From an uncultured bacterium (GTDB taxonomy: Bacteria > Cyanobacteriota > Cyanobacteriia > PCC-6307 > Cyanobiaceae): a DNA stretch of 32,000 nt. The notes under the pieces are model-generated. The model searched no databases and had not been told where the DNA came from. It saw only the letters and a list, made by a program, of their open reading frames with translations. The stretch is taken from contig CAYHCE010000002.1 of NCBI GenBank assembly GCA_964355015.1, positions 45,288 through 77,287 of the forward strand, in the 5' to 3' direction. Position 1 is the stretch's first letter; each line of letters begins with the position of its first letter. Below are positions 1-9,147 of the stretch, piece after piece. The translations under genes were made by a program, and so were the position numbers.

Positions 1-95
1 CCTTCAGCGTTGGCGATCACCGTGGGCTTGCCACCCTCCATCACCGCCACGCAGCTGTTCGTCGTGCCCAAGTCGATCCCGACAACCTTGCCCAT
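1..95 (-). CDS. dnaK: Hsp70 chaperone DnaK, first ~31 codons only (gene continues past the left edge)
   Basis: Minus-strand translation from ATG at 95..93 gives [32 protein letters not shown], which contains the canonical Hsp70 N-terminal IDLGTTNS motif. A GAGGAGG Shine-Dalgarno-like run (plus-strand cctcctc, 104..110) lies 8 nt upstream. The fragment is too short to appear in the ORF track. Confidence 0.85.
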
Positions 96-251
96 GGATT
101 CCCACCTCCTCGTAATGAATGTTTCTTCCTGAAGCATCTTCAGCAGCGGGGGCCTGGCCAGGCGAGGGGTGGTTTCCGAACCGCTGCCGAACCATGACCC
201 GCGCCGCCCCCTACGGTTCGGGCCGGCGACCGAGCCCTGCCCCCCTCCGCC

Positions 252-1169
252 ATGCCCCTGCCGATCTCCGCCCACACGGCCCTGGTGGGCGTTCTGGGTG
301 ATCCGGTGCGCCATTCGCTCTCTCCCGCGATGCACAACGCGGCCCTGCGGGAGATGGGCCTCGACTGGGTGTATCTCGCCCTGCCGGTGGCGGCGGCGGA
401 TCTGGCCACGGTGGTGCGCGCCCTGGAGGCGATCGACTGCCGCGGCCTCAACGTGACGCTGCCCCACAAGCAGGCGGTGGCCGCCCTGGCCGACGAACTC
501 ACTCCCCTGGCCGAGCGGGTGGGGGCGGTGAACACGCTGGTGCGGCGATCGGAGGGGGGCTGGCTGGGCACCAACACCGATGTGGAGGGCTTTCTGGCGC
601 CCCTGCGGCAGGGAGAGGTCACGGCGGGTGGGGACCTGCAGGGTGGCCGCGCCGTGGTGCTGGGCTGCGGCGGCAGCGCCCGGGCCGTGGTTGCGGGGCT
701 GGTGGAGCTCGATCTGGCCAGCATCGGGCTGGCCGGACGGCGGAGCGAGCGGCTGGAGGCCTTTCGTGACAGCTGCGGGACCTGGGCCCCCCGCTTGGAA
801 CCCCTGCCCTGGCGGGAGGATCCGGCAGGGGTGACCCCGCTGGCTGAAGCCTTGGCCCGGGCCGATCTGGTGGTGAACACCACGCCGGTGGGCATGGCCG
901 GGACCACCACCGCAGCCGCCCAGGCCTGCCCGCTCGGGCCGAGGGAACTGGAGGCTCTGAAGCCCGGCAGCCTTGTCTACGACCTGATCTACACCCCCCG
1001 GCCCAGCCGCCTGCTGCTGGAAGCGCGCCAGCGTGGCTGCCGGGTGCTGGATGGGCTGGAGATGCTGGTGCAGCAGGGAGCCGCCGCGCTCGGCCTCTGG
1101 AGCGCGGCGGCCGACCTGCCGGTGGCGGCGATGCGCCAGGCCGCCCTGGAGCGGCTGGAGGCCGGCTGA
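252..1169 (+). CDS. aroE: Shikimate 5-dehydrogenase
   Basis: 305-aa ORF starting at ATG. It has the N-terminal AroE signature [21 protein letters not shown], the NVTLPHK motif and a glycine-rich NADP site [14 protein letters not shown]-ending codons dominate the third position. Confidence 0.9.
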
Positions 1170-1231
1170 GCCGGGACCCACCGATCACCCGCCTAGCCTG
1201 GTCTGACTCTCCGCCACCGCTTCCCCCTGTC

Positions 1232-1699
1232 ATGCAAGGCCCTCCGTTCTGGCAACGGCTCCTGGCCGTCCTGGCCTACCTGCTGCCCTGGAGTGACGCG
1301 GTTCCCTTCGGCATCGCCCTGTTCGGCCTGTTTCCACCGCTGGGGTGGCTCGCCCTGCCCGCCTTGCCGGTGATGGCCCTGCAGCGCCAGGTGCCCTTCG
1401 GCGGCTTTCTGCTGTTTCTGGCCCTGTTTCTGGCGGTGGTGCGCAACCCGCGCGTGCCCTACTTCATCCGCTTCAACGTGCTGCAGGCGATCCTGCTGGA
1501 CATCGTGCTGATCGTGCTCTCCCTGGCCTTCAGCGTGCTGCTCAGGCCTCTGGGCGCCGGCTTCGCGGTCCGCACTCTCAGCAACACGATCTTTCTCGGC
1601 GCCCTGCTGCTGGTGGCGTTCTCCGTCGTGCAGTGCGTGCGGGGACGGGAAGCGGACATTCCCACCGTCTCGGACGCTGTGCGGATGCAACTCCACTGA
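1232..1699 (+). CDS. Tic20-family inner-membrane protein
   Basis: 155-aa ORF with four hydrophobic segments. It carries the Tic20-type motifs LAYLLPWSDAVPFG and YFIRFNVLQAILLDIVL. Confidence 0.75.
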   Translation: MQGPPFWQRLLAVLAYLLPWSDAVPFGIALFGLFPPLGWLALPALPVMALQRQVPFGGFLLFLALFLAVVRNPRVPYFIRFNVLQAILLDIVLIVLSLAFSVLLRPLGAGFAVRTLSNTIFLGALLLVAFSVVQCVRGREADIPTVSDAVRMQLH

Positions 1700-1800
1700 G
1701 CCGGGAGGGGGTGCGGGCGCCGCGATAAGGTGATCGATCCGTTGCTGGCAGCCCCCGGGCCGCCGGCCTCCTCCCGAGCCCGTCACGGAGCCTCCACCCC

Positions 1801-2163
1801 ATGTCGCAGCAGCCCTACTACGAAACGATGTACATCCTTCGTCCGGACATCCCGGAGGAGGAGGTTGAAACCCACGTGGCCAAGTATCGGGACCTCGTGA
1901 CTGAAGCCGGCGCCGAGGTGCTCGATACCCAGATGCGCGGTAAGCGCCGCCTGGCCTACCCGATCGCCAAGCATCGTGAGGGCATCTACGTGCAACTGAA
2001 CCACAACGGCGACGGCCAGCAGGTGGCGCCGCTGGAGCGGGCGATGCGCCTCAGCGAGGACGTGATCCGCTACCTCACCGTCAAGCAGGACGGCCCACTG
2101 CCGGCTCCCCGCAACGCAGGTACGCCGGTCGTACCCACTGAAGCCGTGGCCGTCGAGTCCTGA
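1801..2163 (+). CDS. rpsF: 30S ribosomal protein S6
   Basis: 120-aa [19 protein letters not shown]...[20 protein letters not shown]...IRYLTVK is an unmistakable bS6 sequence. A GGAG lies about 12 nt upstream of the ATG. Confidence 0.95.
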   Translation: MSQQPYYETMYILRPDIPEEEVETHVAKYRDLVTEAGAEVLDTQMRGKRRLAYPIAKHREGIYVQLNHNGDGQQVAPLERAMRLSEDVIRYLTVKQDGPLPAPRNAGTPVVPTEAVAVES

Positions 2164-2281
2164 CGGCGATCGCGCCAGGGCCGATGGCACGATTCCCACC
2201 CAATTCCCAGAGAGTTCACAGGCGACAGCCAGGAAGCCGCCCATCCACCGATGATGGGATGGGGCTTCCAGTGATCTGAAC

Positions 2282-3132
2282 TTGAGCAAAGGCGACGTGT
2301 CGGGCTCCGCAGAGAAACGGCAGGCCGGGGACCTCCTCCAGGCTTTGCAAGGTCAGCTGAGCGACACCCGCCAGGAACTGGAGCAGGTTCGCTGCCAACT
2401 GGCCGAGTACGAAACCTTGCTGGGCGAGTTGCCCGGTATCTTCGAGCGTAAATTTCAGCAGCGAAAGCAACTCTTCGAGTTGCAGCAACAGTTGCTGGCC
2501 AAGGAAAACGCATCGCTTCGCGAAATCGTCCAGGCTTCAGGGCGGCAGACGGCACCACCGCCGCCGCCTGCCGCCCTGAAGCCGGCCGGATCGGCCACAG
2601 CCCCTCTGCCACAGACGCCCCGGTCGACAGCGGCACTGCTCCACCCCCGTGCCTGGACCATGGCTGCCAAGGGGGTGGCGGTCGTGTTCGGTTGTGTTGT
2701 CCTCGGCGCCGCTGTGGCAGCCATGCGGCCGAACCGGCCGACCCCCATCGCCGCTGGCCCAATTGCCGCGGCCACAGCACCTATCCCGATCACACCCGCC
2801 CAACTCCCAGCCAGGATCCTGCCCGCGCCGCCCCAGCCAGCTCCATCTGCGGCAGTCAAACCAGGGCCAAACCTGCTGGTTCTGAACAGCTCTGCGCCCA
2901 ACTGGGTTGAGGTTCGAACCCTGGCCGGGCAAAGGGTCTACGAAGGTCTGCTCAACGGGGAGAAAACGCTCCCCCTGGGCCAGGGGCTCCAGGTGCTGGC
3001 CGGCCGGCCCGACCTGCTCACCGTCCAGCAGGGAGCCGGACGACCGAAGAGGCTCGGACGGATCAACGAGCTGGCCTGGATCAGCTTCAGGCCATCGGCC
3101 CCGCCCGCCTCCAAGAGGCCCACCGTCTCCCC

Positions 3133-3136
<4 letters not shown>
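2282..3136 (+). CDS. Membrane protein with RodZ C-terminal (DUF4115-like) domain; N-terminal coiled coil, Pro-rich linker, one TM helix
   Basis: 284-aa ORF. The C-terminus [56 protein letters not shown] fits the RodZ_C/DUF4115 pattern. The TM helix is [18 protein letters not shown]. The N-terminus is heptad-like ([20 protein letters not shown]...[16 protein letters not shown]). The start is uncertain: TTG at 2282 or GTG at 2297, with no nearby ATG. Confidence 0.65.
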
Positions 3137-4365
<1,229 letters not shown>

Positions 4366-4369
4366 GCCC

Positions 4370-4690
4370 TCAGTCCTGTGTGTGCGTGCTCTCGGAGGAT
4401 TCTCCCTCCTCACCCGTCGCCGGCGACGCCCCCAGGCTGGCCAGCGCCCGCCAGCGACTGGCCAGCCACAGACCCATCAGGGCCGGCGGCAGCAGGATCA
4501 GGCTCCAGACCAGCCAGGGGAGCAGGGGGAGAGGCTCTTGCCAGCGCAGACCCGCTCCCACCAGCAGGGCACTGACCAGCAGGGCCGCCCCCCAGGTGAC
4601 GAGCAGCGGAACCGGTCTGGTGGCAGCCAAGGTATCGGGCCGGAGAGCTGGTCTATGGTGATCGATCGGCCTTCGCCGGCTCAGCCCCAC
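4370..4690 (-). CDS. Small hypothetical membrane protein (two predicted TM helices, acidic C-tail)
   Basis: 106-aa ORF with a GTG start. Hydrophobic segments are [21 protein letters not shown] and [22 protein letters not shown]. Its TGA stop (4372..4370) lies 4 nt before the argG ATG, which suggests co-transcription. I recognise no family. Confidence 0.5.
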   Translation of the reverse strand: MGLSRRRPIDHHRPALRPDTLAATRPVPLLVTWGAALLVSALLVGAGLRWQEPLPLLPWLVWSLILLPPALMGLWLASRWRALASLGASPATGEEGESSESTHTQD

Positions 4691-4728
4691 GGCCCACCGC
4701 CACGACCCGATCGCCCTTCAGGCCCTCC

Positions 4729-4980
4729 ATGAGCACCCTCGACAGCATCAATCCCTCCCTCACCCGCTACCGGCGGGAAGAGCCGGCCCCGGTGCTGCCG
4801 CTGCGGGACGAGCCGGATCTGCTCACCTGGCTGGAGAGCAGCGGCCGGTTGGTGGCCGACGAGGAAACCGCCGCTCCCGACGTGAGCACGGTTGAGGAGG
4901 AGGAACTCTCCGCGCTGATGGGCGAGAAGGAGGACTACAACCAGGCCGACGAGCAGCCCGAGGAGAACTGGGAAGACTGA
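4729..4980 (+). CDS. Small acidic conserved hypothetical protein (resembles the cyanobacterial DUF3134 family, from memory)
   Basis: 83-aa ORF with an ATG start and coding-like codon usage. The C-terminal half is very acidic (EEEELSALMGEKEDYNQADEQPEENWED). A strong hairpin follows it. Confidence 0.6.
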   Translation: MSTLDSINPSLTRYRREEPAPVLPLRDEPDLLTWLESSGRLVADEETAAPDVSTVEEEELSALMGEKEDYNQADEQPEENWED

Positions 4981-4993
4981 ACCGATCAAGGCA

Positions 4994-5030
4994 GGCCGCA
5001 GCGATCACCCTCTCGGTGATCGCCGCGGCC
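4994..5030 (+). terminator. Strong GC-rich hairpin downstream of the acidic small ORF (terminator or RNA-stability element; no U-tract)
   Basis: GGCCGC-A-GCGATCACC [CTCTC] GGTGATCGC-C-GCGGCC. That is a 9-bp perfect stem (5001..5009 / 5015..5023) extended by 6 bp (4994..4999 / 5025..5030) across one A/C mismatch. It starts 14 nt after the TGA at 4978..4980. No T-run follows. Confidence 0.4.
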
Positions 5031-5098
5031 CGCAAGGCAGAAACGGGCAGCTGACTTAAGGTCCGGCCGAACTCCCCGCGGCGCGGCGCCCCTCGGCC

Positions 5099-6190
5099 TT
5101 GGCTCCTTCCACCCCCTCGCTGTCCCGCGCACCCGGCGACAGCCGCCTGCCGGCGGCACTACTGGGCCTGCTGCTGCTCGGGGCCTGCGGACTCAGCGAC
5201 GGACTGGGTCGGTCCCCCCAGCTCACGCCTCCGCTGCTGGTGGCCGCCCTGGTCAGCTGGGCCCTCTGCCAGTGGGGTGTGCCAAGGCTGCGGACCCTGA
5301 AGCTGGGCCAGGTGATCCGGCAGGAGGGACCCCAGGCCCACCAAGGCAAAGCCGGCACGCCCACCATGGGTGGCCTGCTGGTGGTGCCGGTGGGGGTGAT
5401 CGTGGGCGGGCTGGTGGCCCCCTCCGACGACCGTCTGCTGGCGGTGGCGGCCATCACGCTGGCCTACCTCGCGATCGGCGGCATCGATGACTGGCGCAGC
5501 CTCACCCGCCGCACCAACACCGGTCTGAGCCCAAAGGGAAAACTGCTGCTGCAGGCACTGGCGGCGGCGGGGTTTCTCGCCTGGGGCAGCTGGCACGACT
5601 GGTTCCACGGCGACGTCTCCCTGCCGCTGGGCTGGGTGCTCCCCCTCGGACTGCTGATCCTGCCGCTCGGACTGTTCGTGTTCCTGGCCGAGAGCAACGC
5701 CACCAACCTCACCGATGGCCTCGACGGCCTGGCGGCCGGTTGCGGCGCCGTGGTGTTCACCGGCTTCGGCCTGCAGCTGATGCTGCGGGGCCACCTGGGA
5801 GATCCCGCCCTGGCGGGGTTCTGCGCCGCCATGGCGGGAGCCTGGCTCGGCTTTCTTGCCCACAACCGCCATCCTGCCCGGGTGTTCATGGGCGACACCG
5901 GCTCCCTGGCCATGGGCGCCGCCCTCTGCGCCGTCGCCCTGCTCAGCGACAGCCTCTGGCCGCTGCTGTTGATGGGTGGCGTGTTCCTGGCCGAATCGGT
6001 GTCCGTGATCCTGCAGGTGTGGGTGTTCAAGGCCACCAAAGGCCCCGAGGGTCAGGGACGGCGATTGTTCCGTATGGCGCCGCTGCACCATCACTTCGAG
6101 CTCGGCGGCATGCCGGAGCAGCGGGTGGTGGTGGCCTTCTGGGCCGTGAGCGTGGGGTTGGTGGTTCTGGGGCTGGCGCTGCTGCCCTGA
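5099..6190 (+). CDS. mraY: Phospho-N-acetylmuramoyl-pentapeptide transferase
   Basis: Motifs [60 protein letters not shown] and APLHHHFE are present. The protein is multi-TM. The TTG start at 5099 is uncertain. Confidence 0.9.
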   Translation: MAPSTPSLSRAPGDSRLPAALLGLLLLGACGLSDGLGRSPQLTPPLLVAALVSWALCQWGVPRLRTLKLGQVIRQEGPQAHQGKAGTPTMGGLLVVPVGVIVGGLVAPSDDRLLAVAAITLAYLAIGGIDDWRSLTRRTNTGLSPKGKLLLQALAAAGFLAWGSWHDWFHGDVSLPLGWVLPLGLLILPLGLFVFLAESNATNLTDGLDGLAAGCGAVVFTGFGLQLMLRGHLGDPALAGFCAAMAGAWLGFLAHNRHPARVFMGDTGSLAMGAALCAVALLSDSLWPLLLMGGVFLAESVSVILQVWVFKATKGPEGQGRRLFRMAPLHHHFELGGMPEQRVVVAFWAVSVGLVVLGLALLP

Positions 6191-6293
6191 GCGGCCCAGC
6201 GCCGACGGGACGGGCGGGAGACAGCAGAATCGGGATGGATCGGGGAACCCCTGCGGGGGCATCGCGGTCCGCACCGCCGTTGCTGCCGAACCC

Positions 6294-6536
6294 GTGGCTT
6301 ACTTCACCTGGAACGAAAGGGGCCTCACCGCCGACTGCGCCAGCCTGGAGTCGATGGCGGCCCGCTTCGAGGAGGCCGCGGCCCTGATGCGGCGCATGGC
6401 GGCGGAGGGCTTCAGCCTCGAGCAGCACAGCGATGGCCAGCACATCACTCATCCTGATGCCGGGGTTTTCGATGCCTACGGCTTCATCAGCGAGGAGCCC
6501 CCGGTGCGCCAGCTCGATCTGATTCCCGAAGCCTGA
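6294..6536 (+). CDS. Small soluble conserved hypothetical protein
   Basis: 80-aa ORF with a GTG start and strongly G/C-biased third positions typical of real genes in this window. I recognise no domain. Confidence 0.5.
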   Translation: MAYFTWNERGLTADCASLESMAARFEEAAALMRRMAAEGFSLEQHSDGQHITHPDAGVFDAYGFISEEPPVRQLDLIPEA

Positions 6537-6544
6537 TCGGCGCT

Positions 6545-6751
6545 CTAACGGCGCAGGTAGCCCACCACCCATACCGCCACGAACACCAGCGACGACAGGC
6601 CCAGATAGATCAGGGCCCATTTCTGGAAAGCGGCGATGTCCCAGCCGAACACCAGCCCATCGGCCAGATCCCCCGCCGTGGAGAAGGCCAGGACCGGCAC
6701 GACCGCCACGGCGCTGAGCAGCAGCTCACCCGGAAAGAACGGACTCGGCAA
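6545..6751 (-). CDS. Small hypothetical membrane protein (two TM helices)
   Basis: 68-aa ORF with a TTG start. Hydrophobic segments are LLLSAVAVVPVLAF and ALIYLGLSSLVFVAVWVVGYL, and the C-terminus is basic (RR). It is convergent with the preceding ORF. I recognise no family. Confidence 0.4.
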   Translation of the reverse strand: MPSPFFPGELLLSAVAVVPVLAFSTAGDLADGLVFGWDIAAFQKWALIYLGLSSLVFVAVWVVGYLRR

Positions 6752-6843
6752 CGACAGCCCCGGCGGAGGGCACTTCTCTAGCAGGGCTGGCCGACGATCG
6801 GACCGGGGGTGAGGATCGGTGCCACTGTCCGCAGCACCCCGTC

Positions 6844-8031
6844 ATGCCCGCCGCGCCGTTTCCCCGCACCCTGATGCTGCTGGGCAGCGGTGAGCTGGGC
6901 AAGGAGGTGGCGATCGCCGCCCAGCGCCTGGGCTGCCGCGTGATCGCGGTGGACCGCTACGCCGGCGCCCCGGCCATGCAGGTGGCCGACAGTGCCGAGG
7001 TGGTCGCCATGGCCGATCCGGAGGCGCTCAAGGCGGTGGTGCGGCGTCATCGGCCGGATGTACTGATCCCGGAGATCGAGGCCCTGGCGGTGGACGCCCT
7101 CGCCGAGCTGGAAGCCGAGGGCATCTGCGTCATTCCCACGGCGCGGGCCACGGCGGTGACGATGAACCGGGATCGGATCCGCGATCTGGCCGCTACCGGG
7201 CTGAGCCTGCGCACCGCCCGCTTCGCCTATGCCGGCAGCGCCGCGGAGCTGGCCGCCGCCGCCGCGCCGCTCGGCTGGCCCGTGGTGGTCAAGCCGGTGA
7301 TGAGCTCGTCCGGCAAGGGCCAGAGCGTGGTGGCTGGACCGGAGGGCATCGCGGCCGCCTGGGAGTCGGCTCTGGCCGGCGCACGCGGCGCCGGAGGGCG
7401 GGTGATCGTGGAGGAATTCCTGCGCTTCGATCTGGAGATCACCCTGCTCACGATCCGGCAGTGGGGCGGGCCCACCCTGTTCTGTCCCCCGATCGGCCAC
7501 ATCCAGGAGCGGGGCGATTACCAGTGCAGCTGGCAGCCGGCGGTCCTGGGGGCCGAGCAGCTGAAGGTGGCCCAGGCCATGGCCGCAGCGGTCACCGACG
7601 ACCTCGGCGGCGCCGGACTGTTCGGCGTGGAATTCTTCCTCTGCGGTGAACCGGGTCGGGAGGAGGTGGTGTTCTCCGAGCTCTCGCCCCGGCCCCACGA
7701 CACCGGGCTGGTCACCCTGAAGGGGCAGAACCTCAGCGAGTTCGAGCTGCATGTGAGAGCTGTGCTGGGACTGCCGATCCCGGAGATCCGCTCCAGCGGA
7801 GCCGCCGCCAGCCGGGTCATCCTGGCCGGGGAGAACCTGGATGCCGTGGCCTACGAGGGGGTGGCGGAGGCACTGGCGGAACCGGACAGCCAGCTGCTGC
7901 TGTTCGGCAAGCCGAATGCACGGCCGGGGCGCCGCATGGGCGTGGTGGTGGCCGGCGGTGCGGATAGGGCCGAGGCGCAGGCGCGGGCGGACCGGGCCGC
8001 GGGCCGGGTGAGGGTGATCGCAGCGGTCTGA
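6844..8031 (+). CDS. purT: Formate-dependent phosphoribosylglycinamide formyltransferase (GAR transformylase 2, ATP-grasp)
   Basis: 395-aa ORF with an ATG start. It has LMLLGSGELGKEVAIAAQRLG, VVKPVMSSSGKGQS and SPRPHDTG, which are typical PurT/ATP-grasp motifs. Confidence 0.9.
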   Translation: MPAAPFPRTLMLLGSGELGKEVAIAAQRLGCRVIAVDRYAGAPAMQVADSAEVVAMADPEALKAVVRRHRPDVLIPEIEALAVDALAELEAEGICVIPTARATAVTMNRDRIRDLAATGLSLRTARFAYAGSAAELAAAAAPLGWPVVVKPVMSSSGKGQSVVAGPEGIAAAWESALAGARGAGGRVIVEEFLRFDLEITLLTIRQWGGPTLFCPPIGHIQERGDYQCSWQPAVLGAEQLKVAQAMAAAVTDDLGGAGLFGVEFFLCGEPGREEVVFSELSPRPHDTGLVTLKGQNLSEFELHVRAVLGLPIPEIRSSGAAASRVILAGENLDAVAYEGVAEALAEPDSQLLLFGKPNARPGRRMGVVVAGGADRAEAQARADRAAGRVRVIAAV

Positions 8032-8093
8032 ACCGCTTCAACCCCTGGCCCAGCAGGCGTTTGGGTTTTATCGTGCGCCGAGCAGGACGATCC

Positions 8094-9125
8094 ATGCCCG
8101 AGGCCCAACCACACCGCCGCCCTAACCGCAGCCCCGCCGGACGGGGAAAGGGTGGCAGCGAGGCCACACGGGTCACCACCACCGCCGCACCCACCACCTC
8201 CGCCTCTCCCCCCGAACCTGGGCGGGAACGGGGACCTCGGCCGCTCCACCAGCGCCTGCGACGCTGGTCGCTGCTGCTCAGCTTCGGCTGCGGCCTCGTC
8301 CTCGGCTACGGACTGGCAGGCCCGCTGCCGAGGCTGCTGGCGCCGGTCATGGCCAGCCTGCAGCGGGCCACTCCCGGGTTCCAGTCGCTGGTGCCAGCGC
8401 TGGGGCTGAGCGATCACCGCCGCATCCTGGTGCTGGGGTCCGACCAGATCAGCGGCAACACCGATGTGATCTTCACTGTTCAGCTCAAGGACGGCACGAC
8501 CCAGCTGACACAGGTGCCGCGGGACACCTTCATCGAATCCGAGCGCTACGGGGTGCTGAAGGCCAATGCCCTCTACGCCACCGGCGGCGTGGATGCGGTG
8601 AAGCAGGAGCTGACCACCCTGCTCGCCGCGCCGGTGGACCGTTACGTGCTGGTGAACCTGGATGCGGTCCAGCGGCTGGCCGAGGCGATCGGCGGGGTGG
8701 AGGTGGATGTGCCGAAGCGGATGTACTACACGGACAGCCGCCAGAATCTCTACATCGACCTGTATCCCGGCCGGCAACTGCTCAAGGGTCGGGAACTGGA
8801 AGGGTTCCTCCGCTTCCGTCATGACGAGCTGGGAGACATCGGCCGGATGGAGCGCCAGAAGCTGGTGCTGCGAGAGGTGTTTCACAAACTGGCCCAGCCG
8901 GGCATGGTGACCCGGCTGCCGGGCCTGCTCCAGATCGCTGGCAGCGACATCAGGACCGACCTTTCCCCGGTGGAACTGGCCTCCCTGGTCACTGCCCTCA
9001 GCAGCACGAAACTCAGCACCGATCGGCTGGCCGGCCGGCTCTTCTGGCGCGACGACCTGAGCTACTGGATGCCCGATCTCAACACTCGCCACGCGGGGGA
9101 GGAGAACCCCGAACCCAGCCCTTGA
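8094..9125 (+). CDS. LytR-CpsA-Psr (LCP) family protein with N-terminal cytoplasmic tail and single TM anchor
   Basis: The LCP core is ILVLGSD...DVIFTVQL...LTQVPRDT...NALYATGG...VDRYVLVNLDAVQRLAEAIGGVEVDVP...GRELEGFLRFRHDELGDIGRMERQ. The TM helix is WSLLLSFGCGLVLGYGLAG. I prefer ATG 8094 over the track TTG start at 8061. Confidence 0.8.
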   Translation: MPEAQPHRRPNRSPAGRGKGGSEATRVTTTAAPTTSASPPEPGRERGPRPLHQRLRRWSLLLSFGCGLVLGYGLAGPLPRLLAPVMASLQRATPGFQSLVPALGLSDHRRILVLGSDQISGNTDVIFTVQLKDGTTQLTQVPRDTFIESERYGVLKANALYATGGVDAVKQELTTLLAAPVDRYVLVNLDAVQRLAEAIGGVEVDVPKRMYYTDSRQNLYIDLYPGRQLLKGRELEGFLRFRHDELGDIGRMERQKLVLREVFHKLAQPGMVTRLPGLLQIAGSDIRTDLSPVELASLVTALSSTKLSTDRLAGRLFWRDDLSYWMPDLNTRHAGEENPEPSP

Positions 9126-9147
9126 CCAGACCGGCAACAGCCGGGCC

